A stretch of 63,230 nucleotides of DNA, the filler included, from Actinomycetota bacterium (GTDB lineage: Bacteria > Actinomycetota > CADDZG01 > JAHWKV01 > JAOPZY01), in assembly GCA_025963875.1 (NCBI GenBank). It is 4 parts of 4 records of this genome, joined end to end, with 100 filler letters (N's around TTAATTAATTAA, not from the genome) between each part and the next. Parts side by side here need not be neighbours in the genome. Positions count along the whole stretch, not along the records: positions 1 to 29,064 come from JAOPZY010000090.1; 3 more parts are not named here. One strand, 5' to 3'. Shown here piece after piece: positions 1-9,319 of the stretch (its first letter is position 1; every line of letters starts with the position of its first letter). A program made the position numbers and the translations under genes. The notes below the pieces were generated by a model, which was not told the origin of the DNA, ran no database searches, and worked only from the letters and a program-made list of their open reading frames with translations.

Positions 1-296
1 AGCTCCTGCCGGCTGTAGCGGCCGAGGCGGAAGGTCTCGAGCCAGTAGCGGGCGTAGGAGAGGTAGGCACCCTTGACCAGGGCCTCCCCCGTCCCGCTGC
101 CGGCCACCCTCGCCATGTTGCGCGCCACCATCTCCCGCCTCGGCGGCTTGGCGAGCCGGAAGGCGATCCGGCCTCCCAGGTTGGCAACTGCGTCCGTGAG
201 GCGCAGTGGGAGGCGCTCGGCCAGCCACGCGCCGCCACGGAACGCGTAGTACCGGAGGCCGAGGGCGGTCCCGTCTTCGAAAGCCCCTCCCGGCAC
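1..296 (-). CDS. patA: Phosphatidylinositol mannoside acyltransferase (PatA-like), 3' truncated by the window edge
   Basis: Manual minus-strand translation from GTG 296 gives ...EMVARNMARV...AYLSYARYWLETFRL, the PatA-type motif. It lies directly downstream of pgsA, as in the actinobacterial PIM operon. Not in the ORF track. Confidence 0.8.
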   Translation of the reverse strand, partial: MPGGAFEDGTALGLRYYAFRGGAWLAERLPLRLTDAVANLGGRIAFRLAKPPRREMVARNMARVAGSGTGEALVKGAYLSYARYWLETFRLGRYSRQE

Positions 297-304
297 GTCG
301 GGGG

Positions 305-934
305 CTACGACTGCTTTGCCTGCCGCCAGACGGCAGCGAAGCGCTGCGCAACCGTGATCAGCGAGAGCACCGCGAGCACCGAGAGCGCGAGGAAGATGCG
401 GTTGAAGAAGACCCCGGTGCAGGCGATGAACACGCGTTCGCCCCGCTCGGCGATCCCGACGTCACAGCGGAAGTCCATCGCCTCGGCCCGCGCCTTGATG
501 TACGAGGTGAGGAAGCCGAGCACCAGGACCACCAGGGTGAGCAGCACCGCCACCGAGGGGTACTGCCGGCCCGGGATGATGCCGAGGAGGTCGGGACCCG
601 TGGCGGGGCGGTGCATCAGGTACCAGACGATGCCCGCGAAGAAGATCCCGTCGGAGATCCGGTCGGTCGTCGAGTCGAGGAAGGAGCCGAAGCGCGTCAC
701 CCGGCCCGTGGCCTTGGCCACCGCCCCGTCGAACAGATCGGTGAAGCCGCCCACCGCCACGATGAGCGAACCCAGCACCAGGCGGCCGGCGCCGGCGAAG
801 ACGAAGGTCCCGACGGCGACGATGCAGACGCCCACCACCGTGATGAGGTTGGGCGAGATACCCGTCCGGCCGAGGGTCTTGCCCAACGGGCGGACCCAGC
901 GGTCGATGGGCTGGCGAAGGTGGCTGGCGAGCAT
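305..934 (-). CDS. pgsA: CDP-alcohol phosphatidyltransferase (phosphatidylinositol phosphate synthase type)
   Basis: Signature DLFDGAVAKATGRVTRFGSFLDSTTD, plus SPNLIT and SYIKARAE; upstream of patA. Confidence 0.9.
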   Translation of the reverse strand: MLASHLRQPIDRWVRPLGKTLGRTGISPNLITVVGVCIVAVGTFVFAGAGRLVLGSLIVAVGGFTDLFDGAVAKATGRVTRFGSFLDSTTDRISDGIFFAGIVWYLMHRPATGPDLLGIIPGRQYPSVAVLLTLVVLVLGFLTSYIKARAEAMDFRCDVGIAERGERVFIACTGVFFNRIFLALSVLAVLSLITVAQRFAAVWRQAKQS

Positions 935-988
935 TTTAGCGGGCGAGGGGCAATGTCATGGCGTCAACATATATAGAATCGCCACCGG

Positions 989-3070
989 ATGAAAACGTAT
1001 CCGCCGGAAGCGATACGCAACGTCGGCCTGTTCGGGCATCAGGGGACGGGCAAAACCTCGCTCGCTGAGGCCCTCGTGTTCCTCTCCGGAGCCACGACGA
1101 GGGTGGGGCGGATCGAGGACGGCAACACCGTCTGCGACTTCGAGCCCGAGGAGATCAAGAAGGGCCTGTCGGTCTCGCTGGCGCTGGCCCCCGTCGAGTG
1201 GCACGGCCACAAGATCAACCTCATCGACGTCCCCGGCTACGCCGACTTCATCGGTGAGGCGCAGGCAGCGCTCCGGGTGGTGGACCTTGCCATCTTCGTG
1301 CTGTCGGCCGTGGAAGGCGTGCAGGTCCAGCACCAGATCGTCTGGTCGATGGCCGGCAAGCTGAACGTCCCCAGGGTGGTCTTCATCAACAAGCTCGACC
1401 GGGAGCGGGCCTCGTTCTCCCGTACCCTGGCCGAGCTGTCCGAGAAGTTGGGCAGCGGGTTCGCTCCGGTGGATCTGCCGATCGGCGAGGAGCACAACTT
1501 CTCCGGGGTGGTCGACGTCCTCTCCCGGAAGGCCTACCGCTACGACGGCTCCGGGAAGGCGGTGGAGACGGAGCTCTCCGGTCCGCTTGCGGACGAGGCG
1601 GAGCGCCTCCACACCCAGATCGAGGAATCGGTTGCCGAGACCGACGACGCCCTGCTGGAGCGGTACCTCGAGGGCGGCGAGATCAGCATGGAGGAGGTGG
1701 TCCACGGCCTGGCCAAGGGCCTGCTGGCCGGCTCGGTGACCCCGGTGCTCGTGGGCTCGGCCACCAAGCTGATCGGCATCGACCGGCTGGCGGACTCCAT
1801 CGTCGAGGAGGGGCCCTCCCCGCTGGCCCGAGGGGCAACAGAGGGCATCAAGCCGGGTACCCAGCAGACCATGCAGCTGCCCCCGAGCCCCGACGCCCCC
1901 ACCTCGGCCTTCGTCTTCAAGACCGTCTCCGACCCCTACGTGGGCCGGATCTCACTGTTCCGGGTCTTCTCCGGCAGGCTGCAGCCCGACTCCACCGTCT
2001 ACAACGCCACGCAGGGCACCGACGAGCGGATCCACCAGATCTTCACCCTCCGGGGCAAGACCCAGGTTCCCCTCATGGAGGTGCTTGCCGGCGACATCGC
2101 CGCGGTCGCCAAGCTGTCCCACACCCACAGCGGCGACACGATCGCCGACAAGGCGACCCCCATCGTCTACCCGCCGCTCGATGCCCCGGACCGGGCGCTC
2201 GCCAAGGCCATCGCTCCCAAGACCAAGGGCGACGAGGACAAGCTCATGACCGGCCTCGCACGGCTGCAGGAGGAGGATCCGGCGCTGTCGGTCGAGCGCA
2301 ACGGCGAGACCCACCAGACGCTGCTGTGGGGCACGGGCGAGACCCACCTGGAGGTGACGCTGGAGCGGCTGCACCGCAAGTTCGGCGTCGACGTCGCGGA
2401 GATCCCGCTCCGCATCGCCTACCGAGAGACCGTGCGCGGCAAGGCGCATGCCATGGGCCGCCACGTCAAGCAGACCGGGGGGCACGGGCAGTACGCCATC
2501 GCCCACGTCGACGTCGAGCCCTCCGAGCGGGGGGCCGGCTTCGAGTTCGTCGACAAGATCGTGGGCGGGGTCGTGCCGAACCAGTTCATCCCCTCGGTCC
2601 AGAAGGGGGTCGAGAAGCAGCTCACCGAGGGGGTCATCGCCGGGTACCCGGTCGTCGACGTGCGGGTGACGCTCTTCGACGGCAAGTTCCACCCGGTCGA
2701 CTCCTCGGACATCGCCTTCCAGCTCGCCGGCGGCCACGGCTTCAAGGAGGCCGCCCACGCGGCCGGCGTCGTCCTGCTGGAACCGATCATGGACCTGGAG
2801 GTGGTGGTACCCGACGCCTACCTGGGCGACATCATGGGCGACCTCAACTCGAAGCGGGGCCGGATCCAGGGGACCGAGGCGGTCGGCGGCCACCAGATCG
2901 TCAAGGCCAAGGTCCCCATGGCCGAAGTGGCCCGCTACGCGATCGACCTGCGGTCCATGACCGGCGGCCAGGGGACGTTCCGGATGGAGCACTCGCACTA
3001 CGAGGAGGTCCCGGCCCACCTCGCCGACAAGATCATCGCCGAGGCCAGGGAGGCCAAGGAGGCCAAGTAA
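989..3070 (+). CDS. Elongation factor G paralogue (EF-G2 / EF-G-like)
   Basis: G1 GHQGTGKT, DVPG, NKLD, KQTGGHGQY and C-terminal LRSMTGG. Switch I reads KGLSV rather than RGITI, typical of the second EF-G copy. TAGAAT -10 at 974-979 just before the ATG. Confidence 0.9.
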   Translation: MKTYPPEAIRNVGLFGHQGTGKTSLAEALVFLSGATTRVGRIEDGNTVCDFEPEEIKKGLSVSLALAPVEWHGHKINLIDVPGYADFIGEAQAALRVVDLAIFVLSAVEGVQVQHQIVWSMAGKLNVPRVVFINKLDRERASFSRTLAELSEKLGSGFAPVDLPIGEEHNFSGVVDVLSRKAYRYDGSGKAVETELSGPLADEAERLHTQIEESVAETDDALLERYLEGGEISMEEVVHGLAKGLLAGSVTPVLVGSATKLIGIDRLADSIVEEGPSPLARGATEGIKPGTQQTMQLPPSPDAPTSAFVFKTVSDPYVGRISLFRVFSGRLQPDSTVYNATQGTDERIHQIFTLRGKTQVPLMEVLAGDIAAVAKLSHTHSGDTIADKATPIVYPPLDAPDRALAKAIAPKTKGDEDKLMTGLARLQEEDPALSVERNGETHQTLLWGTGETHLEVTLERLHRKFGVDVAEIPLRIAYRETVRGKAHAMGRHVKQTGGHGQYAIAHVDVEPSERGAGFEFVDKIVGGVVPNQFIPSVQKGVEKQLTEGVIAGYPVVDVRVTLFDGKFHPVDSSDIAFQLAGGHGFKEAAHAAGVVLLEPIMDLEVVVPDAYLGDIMGDLNSKRGRIQGTEAVGGHQIVKAKVPMAEVARYAIDLRSMTGGQGTFRMEHSHYEEVPAHLADKIIAEAREAKEAK

Positions 3071-3076
3071 GCCCGT

Positions 3077-3514
3077 TCAGCCCTCGAGCAGGATGGTGAC
3101 CGGACCGTCGTTCACGAGGCTGACCTCCATCCGGGCCCCGAAGCGCCCCTCGGCCACCTCCACCCCCGCCGACTGCAGGCCGGCGACGAATGCCTCGAGC
3201 ACCGGGACGGCAAGCTCGGGGCGGGCAGCCTCGACGAAGGACGGCCGGTACCCCTTCTTCGTGTCGGCGTAGAGGGTGAACTGCGAGACGACAAGCACCT
3301 CGCCCCCGACGTCGGTGAGCGAGCGGTTCATCCTGCCGTCGTCGTCACCGAAGATCCTCAAGGCCGCGACCTTGCGGGCCAGCCGGCGGGCCGCCTCGTC
3401 GTTGTCGTCCTTGCCTACGCCCGCCAGGACGAGCAGGCCGGCGCCGATGCCGGCGATCCGCTCCCCCGAAACCGTGACGGCAGCGGAGGACACCCGCTGG
3501 ATCACCAGCCGCAC
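3077..3514 (-). CDS. dtd: D-aminoacyl-tRNA deacylase
   Basis: GTG start giving [13 protein letters not shown] and NDGPVT motifs; immediately downstream of rel. Confidence 0.95.
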   Translation of the reverse strand: MRLVIQRVSSAAVTVSGERIAGIGAGLLVLAGVGKDDNDEAARRLARKVAALRIFGDDDGRMNRSLTDVGGEVLVVSQFTLYADTKKGYRPSFVEAARPELAVPVLEAFVAGLQSAGVEVAEGRFGARMEVSLVNDGPVTILLEG

Positions 3515-3522
3515 CGTGCGGG

Positions 3523-6012
3523 CTACACGCGGCCGGGCGTCACGCGGAAGGCGTCGTAGACGGATTCGATGCGCCGGACGCCCAGCAGGATCGAGCCGAG
3601 GGAGGAGGGGTCTGCGAGCCCGACCGTGAAACGGAAGTGCGCGATGCCGTTCAGCGTCGACGACGACACCTGCGAGATGTTGACGCCGAACTCGGAGATG
3701 GCCGTCGAGATGTCCCGGAGGAGCTTCGGGCGGTCGAGCGCCTCGACGCCGATCGACACCGGGAACAGCCCGGATACCCGGGGATCCCACTTCACGTCCA
3801 CGAGGCGCTCCCGCTCGGGCGAGTTCTCGAGGTTGACGCAGTCCTCACGGTGGACCGAGATGCCGCGCCCCCGCGTGATGAAGCCGACGATGGGGTCCCC
3901 CGGCACCGCCATGCAGCAGCGAGCCAGCTTGACCAGCACGTCGTCAACCCCCTCGACGATGACGCCCGACGTGGTCGGGGGCCTCGCACGGACCTTGGGA
4001 AGGAGGACCGGCTCCTCCACCAGCGGCTCGACCTGGTTGCGCAGCAGGCGGGCCACGACGGTGTTGACCGAGGTCCGGCCCTCGCCGATGGCCGCATAGA
4101 AGCTGTCGAGGTCCCGGAGCTTCAGCTCGGTCGCGATGGTCTCGAGCTGGTTCCCGGAGAGGATCTTCTGCAGCGGCAGGCCCGCCCGGCGCAGCGCCTT
4201 GGCGAGGGCGTCCTTGCCCTCGGCGATGGCCTCCTCCCGGCGCTCCTTCGTGAACCACTGGCGGATCTTCGTCCGTGCCCGTGGCGTGACGACCACCTTC
4301 AGCCAGTCCCGGCTGGGCCCGCTCGTCGTCTTGGACGTGACGACCTGCACCGTCTCGCCCGACGACAGCTGGTGATCGAGGGGCACCAGGCGGCCGTCCA
4401 CCCGCGCCCCGGCGCAGGCATGGCCCACCTCGGTGTGGATGGCGTAGGCGAAGTCCACGGGCGTCGCACCCTTGGGGAGCTGGATGATGTCGCCCCTCGG
4501 CGTGAAGACGAACACCTCGCCGGCGAACAGGTCGAGGCGGAGGGTGTCGAGGAACTCGGCGTCGTCCTCGGTCTGGCCGAGCTCGAGCATCCGCCGCATC
4601 CAGGCCGCCTGCTCGTCGGTCGCGCCCTTGTCCCCCTTCGGGTCCTCTTTGTAGCGCCAGTGCGAGGCGACGCCCCATTCCGCCATGCGGTGCATGTCCC
4701 GGGTGCGCATCTGGACCTCGAGCGGCTTGCCCTCGGGGCCGATGACGGTGGTGTGCAGGGACTGGTACAGGTTGAACTTCGGCATGGCGATGTAGTCCTT
4801 GAACCGCCCGGGCACCGGCTTCCACAGCGAGTGGATGGCACCGAGCGCGGCGTAGCAGTCGCGCTCGCTCTCGACGATGATCCGGACCCCGACCAGGTCG
4901 AAGATCTGGTCGAACTCCCGACCCCGGCCGACCATCTTTTCGTAGATGGAGTAGAAGTGCTTCGGGCGCCCGGAGACCAGCCCCCGCACCCGGACCTCCC
5001 GCAGACGCGCCTGGACCTCGTCGACGACCTGCTGCAGGTAGACCTCGCGCTCGGGCTGGCGCAGGGCCACCATCTGCTGGATCTCCTCGTAGGGCTTGGG
5101 GTGCAGGGTCCTGAACGCCAGGTCCTCCAGCTCGGCGCGGAAGGGCTGCATGCCGAGGCGGTCGGCGAGCGGGGCGTAGATCTCGAGCGTCTCGGTCGCG
5201 ACCAGCTCCCGCTTGGCGGGGGCCAGTGCGGTGAGCGTCCGCATGTTGTGGAGCCGGTCGGCCAGCTTGATGATCAGGACCCGGAGGTCCTTGGCCATCG
5301 CCACGATCATCTTGCGGAGGTTCTCGGCCCGTTCCTGCTCCTTGGTGCGGAACTGGATCTTGTCGAGCTTGGTGAGCCCGTCGATGATGAGCGCAACCTC
5401 GGCGCCGAACGAGGCCTCGATGTCCTCCAGCTCGACGTCGGTGTCCTCGACGGCGTCGTGCAGCAGGGCGCCGACGATGGTCGTCGAGTCCATGCCCAGG
5501 CGGGCCAGGATGCGGGCGACGCCGATGGGGTGCTCGATGAACAGCTCCCCCGATTTGCGGAGCTGCCCCTCGTGGGCGACCTGGGCGAGCTCGAAGGCCC
5601 GCACCATCTCCCGGACGTCGGCCTTCGGGTGATGGACCTTCACCTCACGGACGATGTCCTCGATCTCTTTCGGGGTGGGGCCAACCGGCAGGCGCCGCAG
5701 GCGCGAGAGCATGGCCTTGACGCCCTTGCGGCTGCGCGGAGGGTCCCGCAGCTCCCGCAGTTCCCGCCGGCCGGGGACCGGGGCTTTGGGCGGTACGTTG
5801 GGCTCGTGAGGGGAGGGGAGCAGGAAGGTGGGGAGCGGCTCGGTGACCTGCCCTGGCTCCTCCTCAACCGGGCTCTTGGGGCCCTCCCTGGGCCTGGTCT
5901 TGGGGACCGCCCTGGGCACGGTGTTCGGGCGGGTTGTGGGGTGCCCGTTGAAGACGGCCTCCACCTCGGGCGACGTGCCCGGAGGACGTCCTGAGGTGAC
6001 ATCTTGAGCCAT
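3523..6012 (-). CDS. relA: Bifunctional (p)ppGpp synthetase/hydrolase Rel with a Pro-rich N-terminal extension (start uncertain)
   Basis: HD motif [38 protein letters not shown] (DFAYAIHT), ARCC/HREDC and a C-terminal ACT domain. Confidence 0.95.
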   Translation of the reverse strand: MAQDVTSGRPPGTSPEVEAVFNGHPTTRPNTVPRAVPKTRPREGPKSPVEEEPGQVTEPLPTFLLPSPHEPNVPPKAPVPGRRELRELRDPPRSRKGVKAMLSRLRRLPVGPTPKEIEDIVREVKVHHPKADVREMVRAFELAQVAHEGQLRKSGELFIEHPIGVARILARLGMDSTTIVGALLHDAVEDTDVELEDIEASFGAEVALIIDGLTKLDKIQFRTKEQERAENLRKMIVAMAKDLRVLIIKLADRLHNMRTLTALAPAKRELVATETLEIYAPLADRLGMQPFRAELEDLAFRTLHPKPYEEIQQMVALRQPEREVYLQQVVDEVQARLREVRVRGLVSGRPKHFYSIYEKMVGRGREFDQIFDLVGVRIIVESERDCYAALGAIHSLWKPVPGRFKDYIAMPKFNLYQSLHTTVIGPEGKPLEVQMRTRDMHRMAEWGVASHWRYKEDPKGDKGATDEQAAWMRRMLELGQTEDDAEFLDTLRLDLFAGEVFVFTPRGDIIQLPKGATPVDFAYAIHTEVGHACAGARVDGRLVPLDHQLSSGETVQVVTSKTTSGPSRDWLKVVVTPRARTKIRQWFTKERREEAIAEGKDALAKALRRAGLPLQKILSGNQLETIATELKLRDLDSFYAAIGEGRTSVNTVVARLLRNQVEPLVEEPVLLPKVRARPPTTSGVIVEGVDDVLVKLARCCMAVPGDPIVGFITRGRGISVHREDCVNLENSPERERLVDVKWDPRVSGLFPVSIGVEALDRPKLLRDISTAISEFGVNISQVSSSTLNGIAHFRFTVGLADPSSLGSILLGVRRIESVYDAFRVTPGRV

Positions 6013-6052
6013 GTTTCATTAAACACCGAACCGCCGGTGACAGACCGGCCGG

Positions 6053-6550
6053 TCAGCTCAGGACTTCGAGGTACGGCTCCCACGTAGGATCCGGCTTGCC
6101 CGACGAGACGACGAGGAAGTGGGTCCCCTTCGGCGCCCGGGGGATGCGGCGCAGCTTCAGGCCCACCTCGGCGGGGCTGCGGTTCTCCTTGTTCGAGTTG
6201 CAGCGCCTGCAGCAGGCGACGACGTTCTCCCACACGTGCTGCCCGCCGCGGGAGCGGGGGACCACGTGGTCGACGTTCTCGGCGGCGGCCCCGCAGTACT
6301 GGCACTCGAAGCCGTCCCGGATGAAGACCGCACGCCGCGACAGGGTGGCGCGTGCCCGGTAGGGCACCTTGACGAAGTAGGTGAGCCGGACGACCGACGG
6401 GACCGGCAGGCGGAGCTTCTCGGAGTGGTACGCCTCGCCGTTGGCCTGGACGATCTCAGCCTTGGCCTTGAGCACCAGCACGACCGCGCGCCGGGATGGC
6501 ACGACGCACAGAGGCTCGTCGGTGGCATTCAGGACCAACGATCTCCCCAA
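6053..6550 (-). CDS. HNH endonuclease (widespread actinobacterial McrA-like type)
   Basis: TTG start after AGGAG; LVLNAT..PL, RDGFECQYCG, DHVVPRSRGG, CRRCNSNK; TATACT -10 at 6582-6587 (minus strand). Confidence 0.88.
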   Translation of the reverse strand: MGRSLVLNATDEPLCVVPSRRAVVLVLKAKAEIVQANGEAYHSEKLRLPVPSVVRLTYFVKVPYRARATLSRRAVFIRDGFECQYCGAAAENVDHVVPRSRGGQHVWENVVACCRRCNSNKENRSPAEVGLKLRRIPRAPKGTHFLVVSSGKPDPTWEPYLEVLS

Positions 6551-6599
6551 GCCCCAGCTCCTAGCAGGATTGGCTGCCCAAAGTATATGTGCGGTGTTC

Positions 6600-6705
6600 G
6601 GCGAGGGATGCTGTGTCCGGCGGGCTCCACAATCCGGCGTACCTTCCGCGCGCGGGGAGCTCGTTGGCCGGATTAGTCGCCCTCCGGCCATCAGCATCCC
6701 TCGCC
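6600..6705. repeat. Long imperfect hairpin in the intergenic region
   Basis: ggcgagggatgctg (6600-6613) and cagcatccctcgcc (6692-6705) are perfect inverted repeats, with nested aatccggc (6631-6638) / gccggatt (6667-6674). Confidence 0.75.
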
Positions 6706-6825
6706 TTGCCCGCTCACGTCTTCCGGGATGCCTGGCTGCTCATTCGCTTCCTCCGCCCCTCTGGCGCGCCGGGGTGGGGTTCTTTGTGCGCCATGTTGCG
6801 GAATCCGCACCGTACGACGCGGCCG

Positions 6826-8157
6826 CTACAGCCAGTGCAGGACGTCGTTGGCGTCGCGGATCTCGGTGCCGGGGGGGATCGCCGCCGTGGTCGGGATCTT
6901 CAGGCGGGGGTAGATGCTGATCCGGTCCCGCAGGCGGGCCCCCGGCTGGACCAGGGCCTCGTCGCCGACTGCCACGTACTCCTCCAACACGGTTGGGCAC
7001 TCCTCGGTCGAGCCGATCTCGGCCATCGACCCGACGTAGCTCCTGGACACCGTGGCCCCGGCGCCGATGATGGCGCCGTCCCGGACGGCGCTCTTCTCGA
7101 TGGTGACGCCCGGCCCGATGTCAACGCCGTCGTCGACGTTGGAATCCCGGATGGTGACTCCGGGGCCGATCTCGACGTAACGGCCGAGCCGCACGTTGTC
7201 GCCCAAAGTCACCAAACCCTCCTCAAGCTTCTCCTCGAGGGACTTGCCCGACACCTCGTCGCGGAACTGCAGCGTCTCGGCCGGGATCCAGAGCCGCCGC
7301 TTGGCGTCATACGGCGTACCCATGAGCCCGCTGAGCGTCGGGAAGGCTCCCCGGAGCAGGTCCACCGTCGTCTCGATGTAATCCACCACGGTCCCGAGGT
7401 CGCCGGTGTGGTCAACGGGCTCCGCGTAGATCGCAAGGCCCCGATCGGCGGCCCAGGGCAGGAGGTCCATCCCGAAATCGAGCCGCCGTTCGCGCAGCCG
7501 CCGCAGCTCCGGCTCGTGTGCGTACTTCCGCATGGCGGCCGAGTCCATCAGGTACATGCCGGCATTCGTCATCAGGGTCTCGGCGCCCTCGCCGGTCCCA
7601 GCGTGGAACTGGCGGCGCAGTTCGTTCAGGCTGGGCTTCTCGAGGAAGTGGGTGACGCGACCGTCGTCCTCCCGGATCATGACCCCGTACTTGCCGGCCA
7701 CCTCCGACGGCGACCTGGCCATGCCCGCCACGGTGAGCAGCGCCCCCCGTTGGTGATGGCTGGCGAGCAGCCGGGCGAGCGAGAAGTCGTACAGGGAGTC
7801 GGCCGGGCAGATCAGCGCCGGCGACTCGATGTCCCAATACTCCAGGCTCCGCAGCGTGGCGTCGCCGCTGCCGGTGTTGAGGCGGTCGTGGCGCACCCGG
7901 GAGTACCGGATGTTGAGCCCCAGGTCGTCGCCGTGGCCGACCAGGGTCTTGGTCTGGTAGCGGTTCTCCTTCCCCAGGGCGACGACGAAGAACTCGTGCA
8001 CCCCCTGCCGCCGCATTCCCTCGAGCAGCCAGACGATGAGCCGCTTGCCGCAGAAGCTCATCGCCGCCTTGCTGCGCAGGTACCCCGCGGCCTTCACCGT
8101 GATCGGCCGGGCACGCTCGCCCCTACCACCGACGAGAATGACTCCGACAATGTCCAT
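6826..8157 (-). CDS. Sugar-phosphate nucleotidyltransferase with a C-terminal left-handed beta-helix
   Basis: ILVGGRGERARPIT..K nucleotidyltransferase loop, YGVM, FLEKP, NAGMY, DFGMD, DLGT, and hexapeptide repeats (VEIGPGVTI, VDIGPGVTI). Confidence 0.82.
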   Translation of the reverse strand: MDIVGVILVGGRGERARPITVKAAGYLRSKAAMSFCGKRLIVWLLEGMRRQGVHEFFVVALGKENRYQTKTLVGHGDDLGLNIRYSRVRHDRLNTGSGDATLRSLEYWDIESPALICPADSLYDFSLARLLASHHQRGALLTVAGMARSPSEVAGKYGVMIREDDGRVTHFLEKPSLNELRRQFHAGTGEGAETLMTNAGMYLMDSAAMRKYAHEPELRRLRERRLDFGMDLLPWAADRGLAIYAEPVDHTGDLGTVVDYIETTVDLLRGAFPTLSGLMGTPYDAKRRLWIPAETLQFRDEVSGKSLEEKLEEGLVTLGDNVRLGRYVEIGPGVTIRDSNVDDGVDIGPGVTIEKSAVRDGAIIGAGATVSRSYVGSMAEIGSTEECPTVLEEYVAVGDEALVQPGARLRDRISIYPRLKIPTTAAIPPGTEIRDANDVLHWL

Positions 8158-8334
8158 ACGTCTTCATATCACCTTCGAGCGATGATTCCACCGGAAGGGA
8201 CGAAACGACCCGGACAGAAGGGTCAATGAACCACGGTGACTGCCACAACGTAGTTACATAGAGGGCGCAGTGGACAATGGGCAATGACCGGAAACTGCCC
8301 GCAACCACCAGAACTTCACGAACGGAGTAGCAGC

Positions 8335-9303
8335 TTGGCGATCGCCGAACCTGACTACCGCGGCTTTGCGGAGACCTTCGAGGCCATCGCCACGAATGTG
8401 GAGCAGATCATCGAAGGGAAGGCGGAGGTCATTCGCCTCGCCCTCATCGGACTGGCGGCCGAGGGCCACCTGCTGATCGAGGACGTGCCCGGCGTGGGCA
8501 AGACCATGCTCGCCAAGGCCATCGCCCGGAGCATCAACTGCGAATGGCGGCGCCTGCAGTTCACGCCCGACCTGCTCCCCTCCGACGTGACCGGCGTCGG
8601 CGTGTACGACGCCGAGCTGAAGCACTTCGTCTTCAAGCCGGGCCCCATCTTCGCCAACATCGTGCTCGGCGACGAGATCAACCGGGCCTCCCCCAAGACC
8701 CAGTCGGCACTGCTGGAGTCGATGGAGGAGCACCAGGTCTCGGTCGACGGGGTCACCTACGCGCTGCCCCGGCCGTTCATGGTCATGGCGACGCAGAACC
8801 CCATCGAACACGTCGGGACCTATCCCCTCCCGGAGTCGCAGCTCGACCGGTTCATCATGCGCCTGTCGATGGGCTATCCGGACGCCGCAAGCTCCCTTCG
8901 CATCCTCGATCGCCACGGCGCCACCGAGCCGGTGTACTCCCTCGAGGCCGTGGTCAACGAGCAGGGAGTCGTCGCCCTGATCGAGGGCGCACGGTCGGTG
9001 CACGCCGCCGAGGCCCTGAAGCGGTACATCGTCGACCTGGCCGAGGCCACCCGTACCCATCCGGGCGTGAGCCTCGGCGCCAGCCCACGGGCCTGTCTGT
9101 TCCTGTTGCGGGCCAGCCGCGCCAAGGCCGCCTCCGAGGGGCGGGACTACGTGCTCCCCGACGACGTGAAGGCCCTCGCCAAGCCGGTCCTCGCCCACCG
9201 GCTGCTCCTGTCGCCCCAGGCCCAGTCCCGGGGCAGGACCCAGGAGGACCTGGTCACCGAGCTGCTCTCGACCATCCCCGTCCCCTCCCCCAGCAGGAAG
9301 TAG
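8335..9303 (+). CDS. MoxR family AAA+ ATPase
   Basis: EDVPGVGKT, QFTPDLLPSD, DEINRASPKTQSALLE, ATQNP, LPESQLDRF; TTG start after GGAG. Confidence 0.93.
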   Translation: MAIAEPDYRGFAETFEAIATNVEQIIEGKAEVIRLALIGLAAEGHLLIEDVPGVGKTMLAKAIARSINCEWRRLQFTPDLLPSDVTGVGVYDAELKHFVFKPGPIFANIVLGDEINRASPKTQSALLESMEEHQVSVDGVTYALPRPFMVMATQNPIEHVGTYPLPESQLDRFIMRLSMGYPDAASSLRILDRHGATEPVYSLEAVVNEQGVVALIEGARSVHAAEALKRYIVDLAEATRTHPGVSLGASPRACLFLLRASRAKAASEGRDYVLPDDVKALAKPVLAHRLLLSPQAQSRGRTQEDLVTELLSTIPVPSPSRK

Positions 9304-9319
9304 GCCGGGACTTGCTCGG

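Noticed and set aside
6053..6550. HNH as an IscB/Cas9-like RNA-guided nuclease
   Set aside because: Only 165 aa with no PLMP or RuvC motifs; it matches the common stand-alone actinobacterial HNH type
6563..6740. 6S RNA or SRP RNA assignment for the long hairpin
   Set aside because: Lacks the large central bubble of 6S and the CAGG-GNRA-AGCA core of SRP; kept only as an unassigned structure
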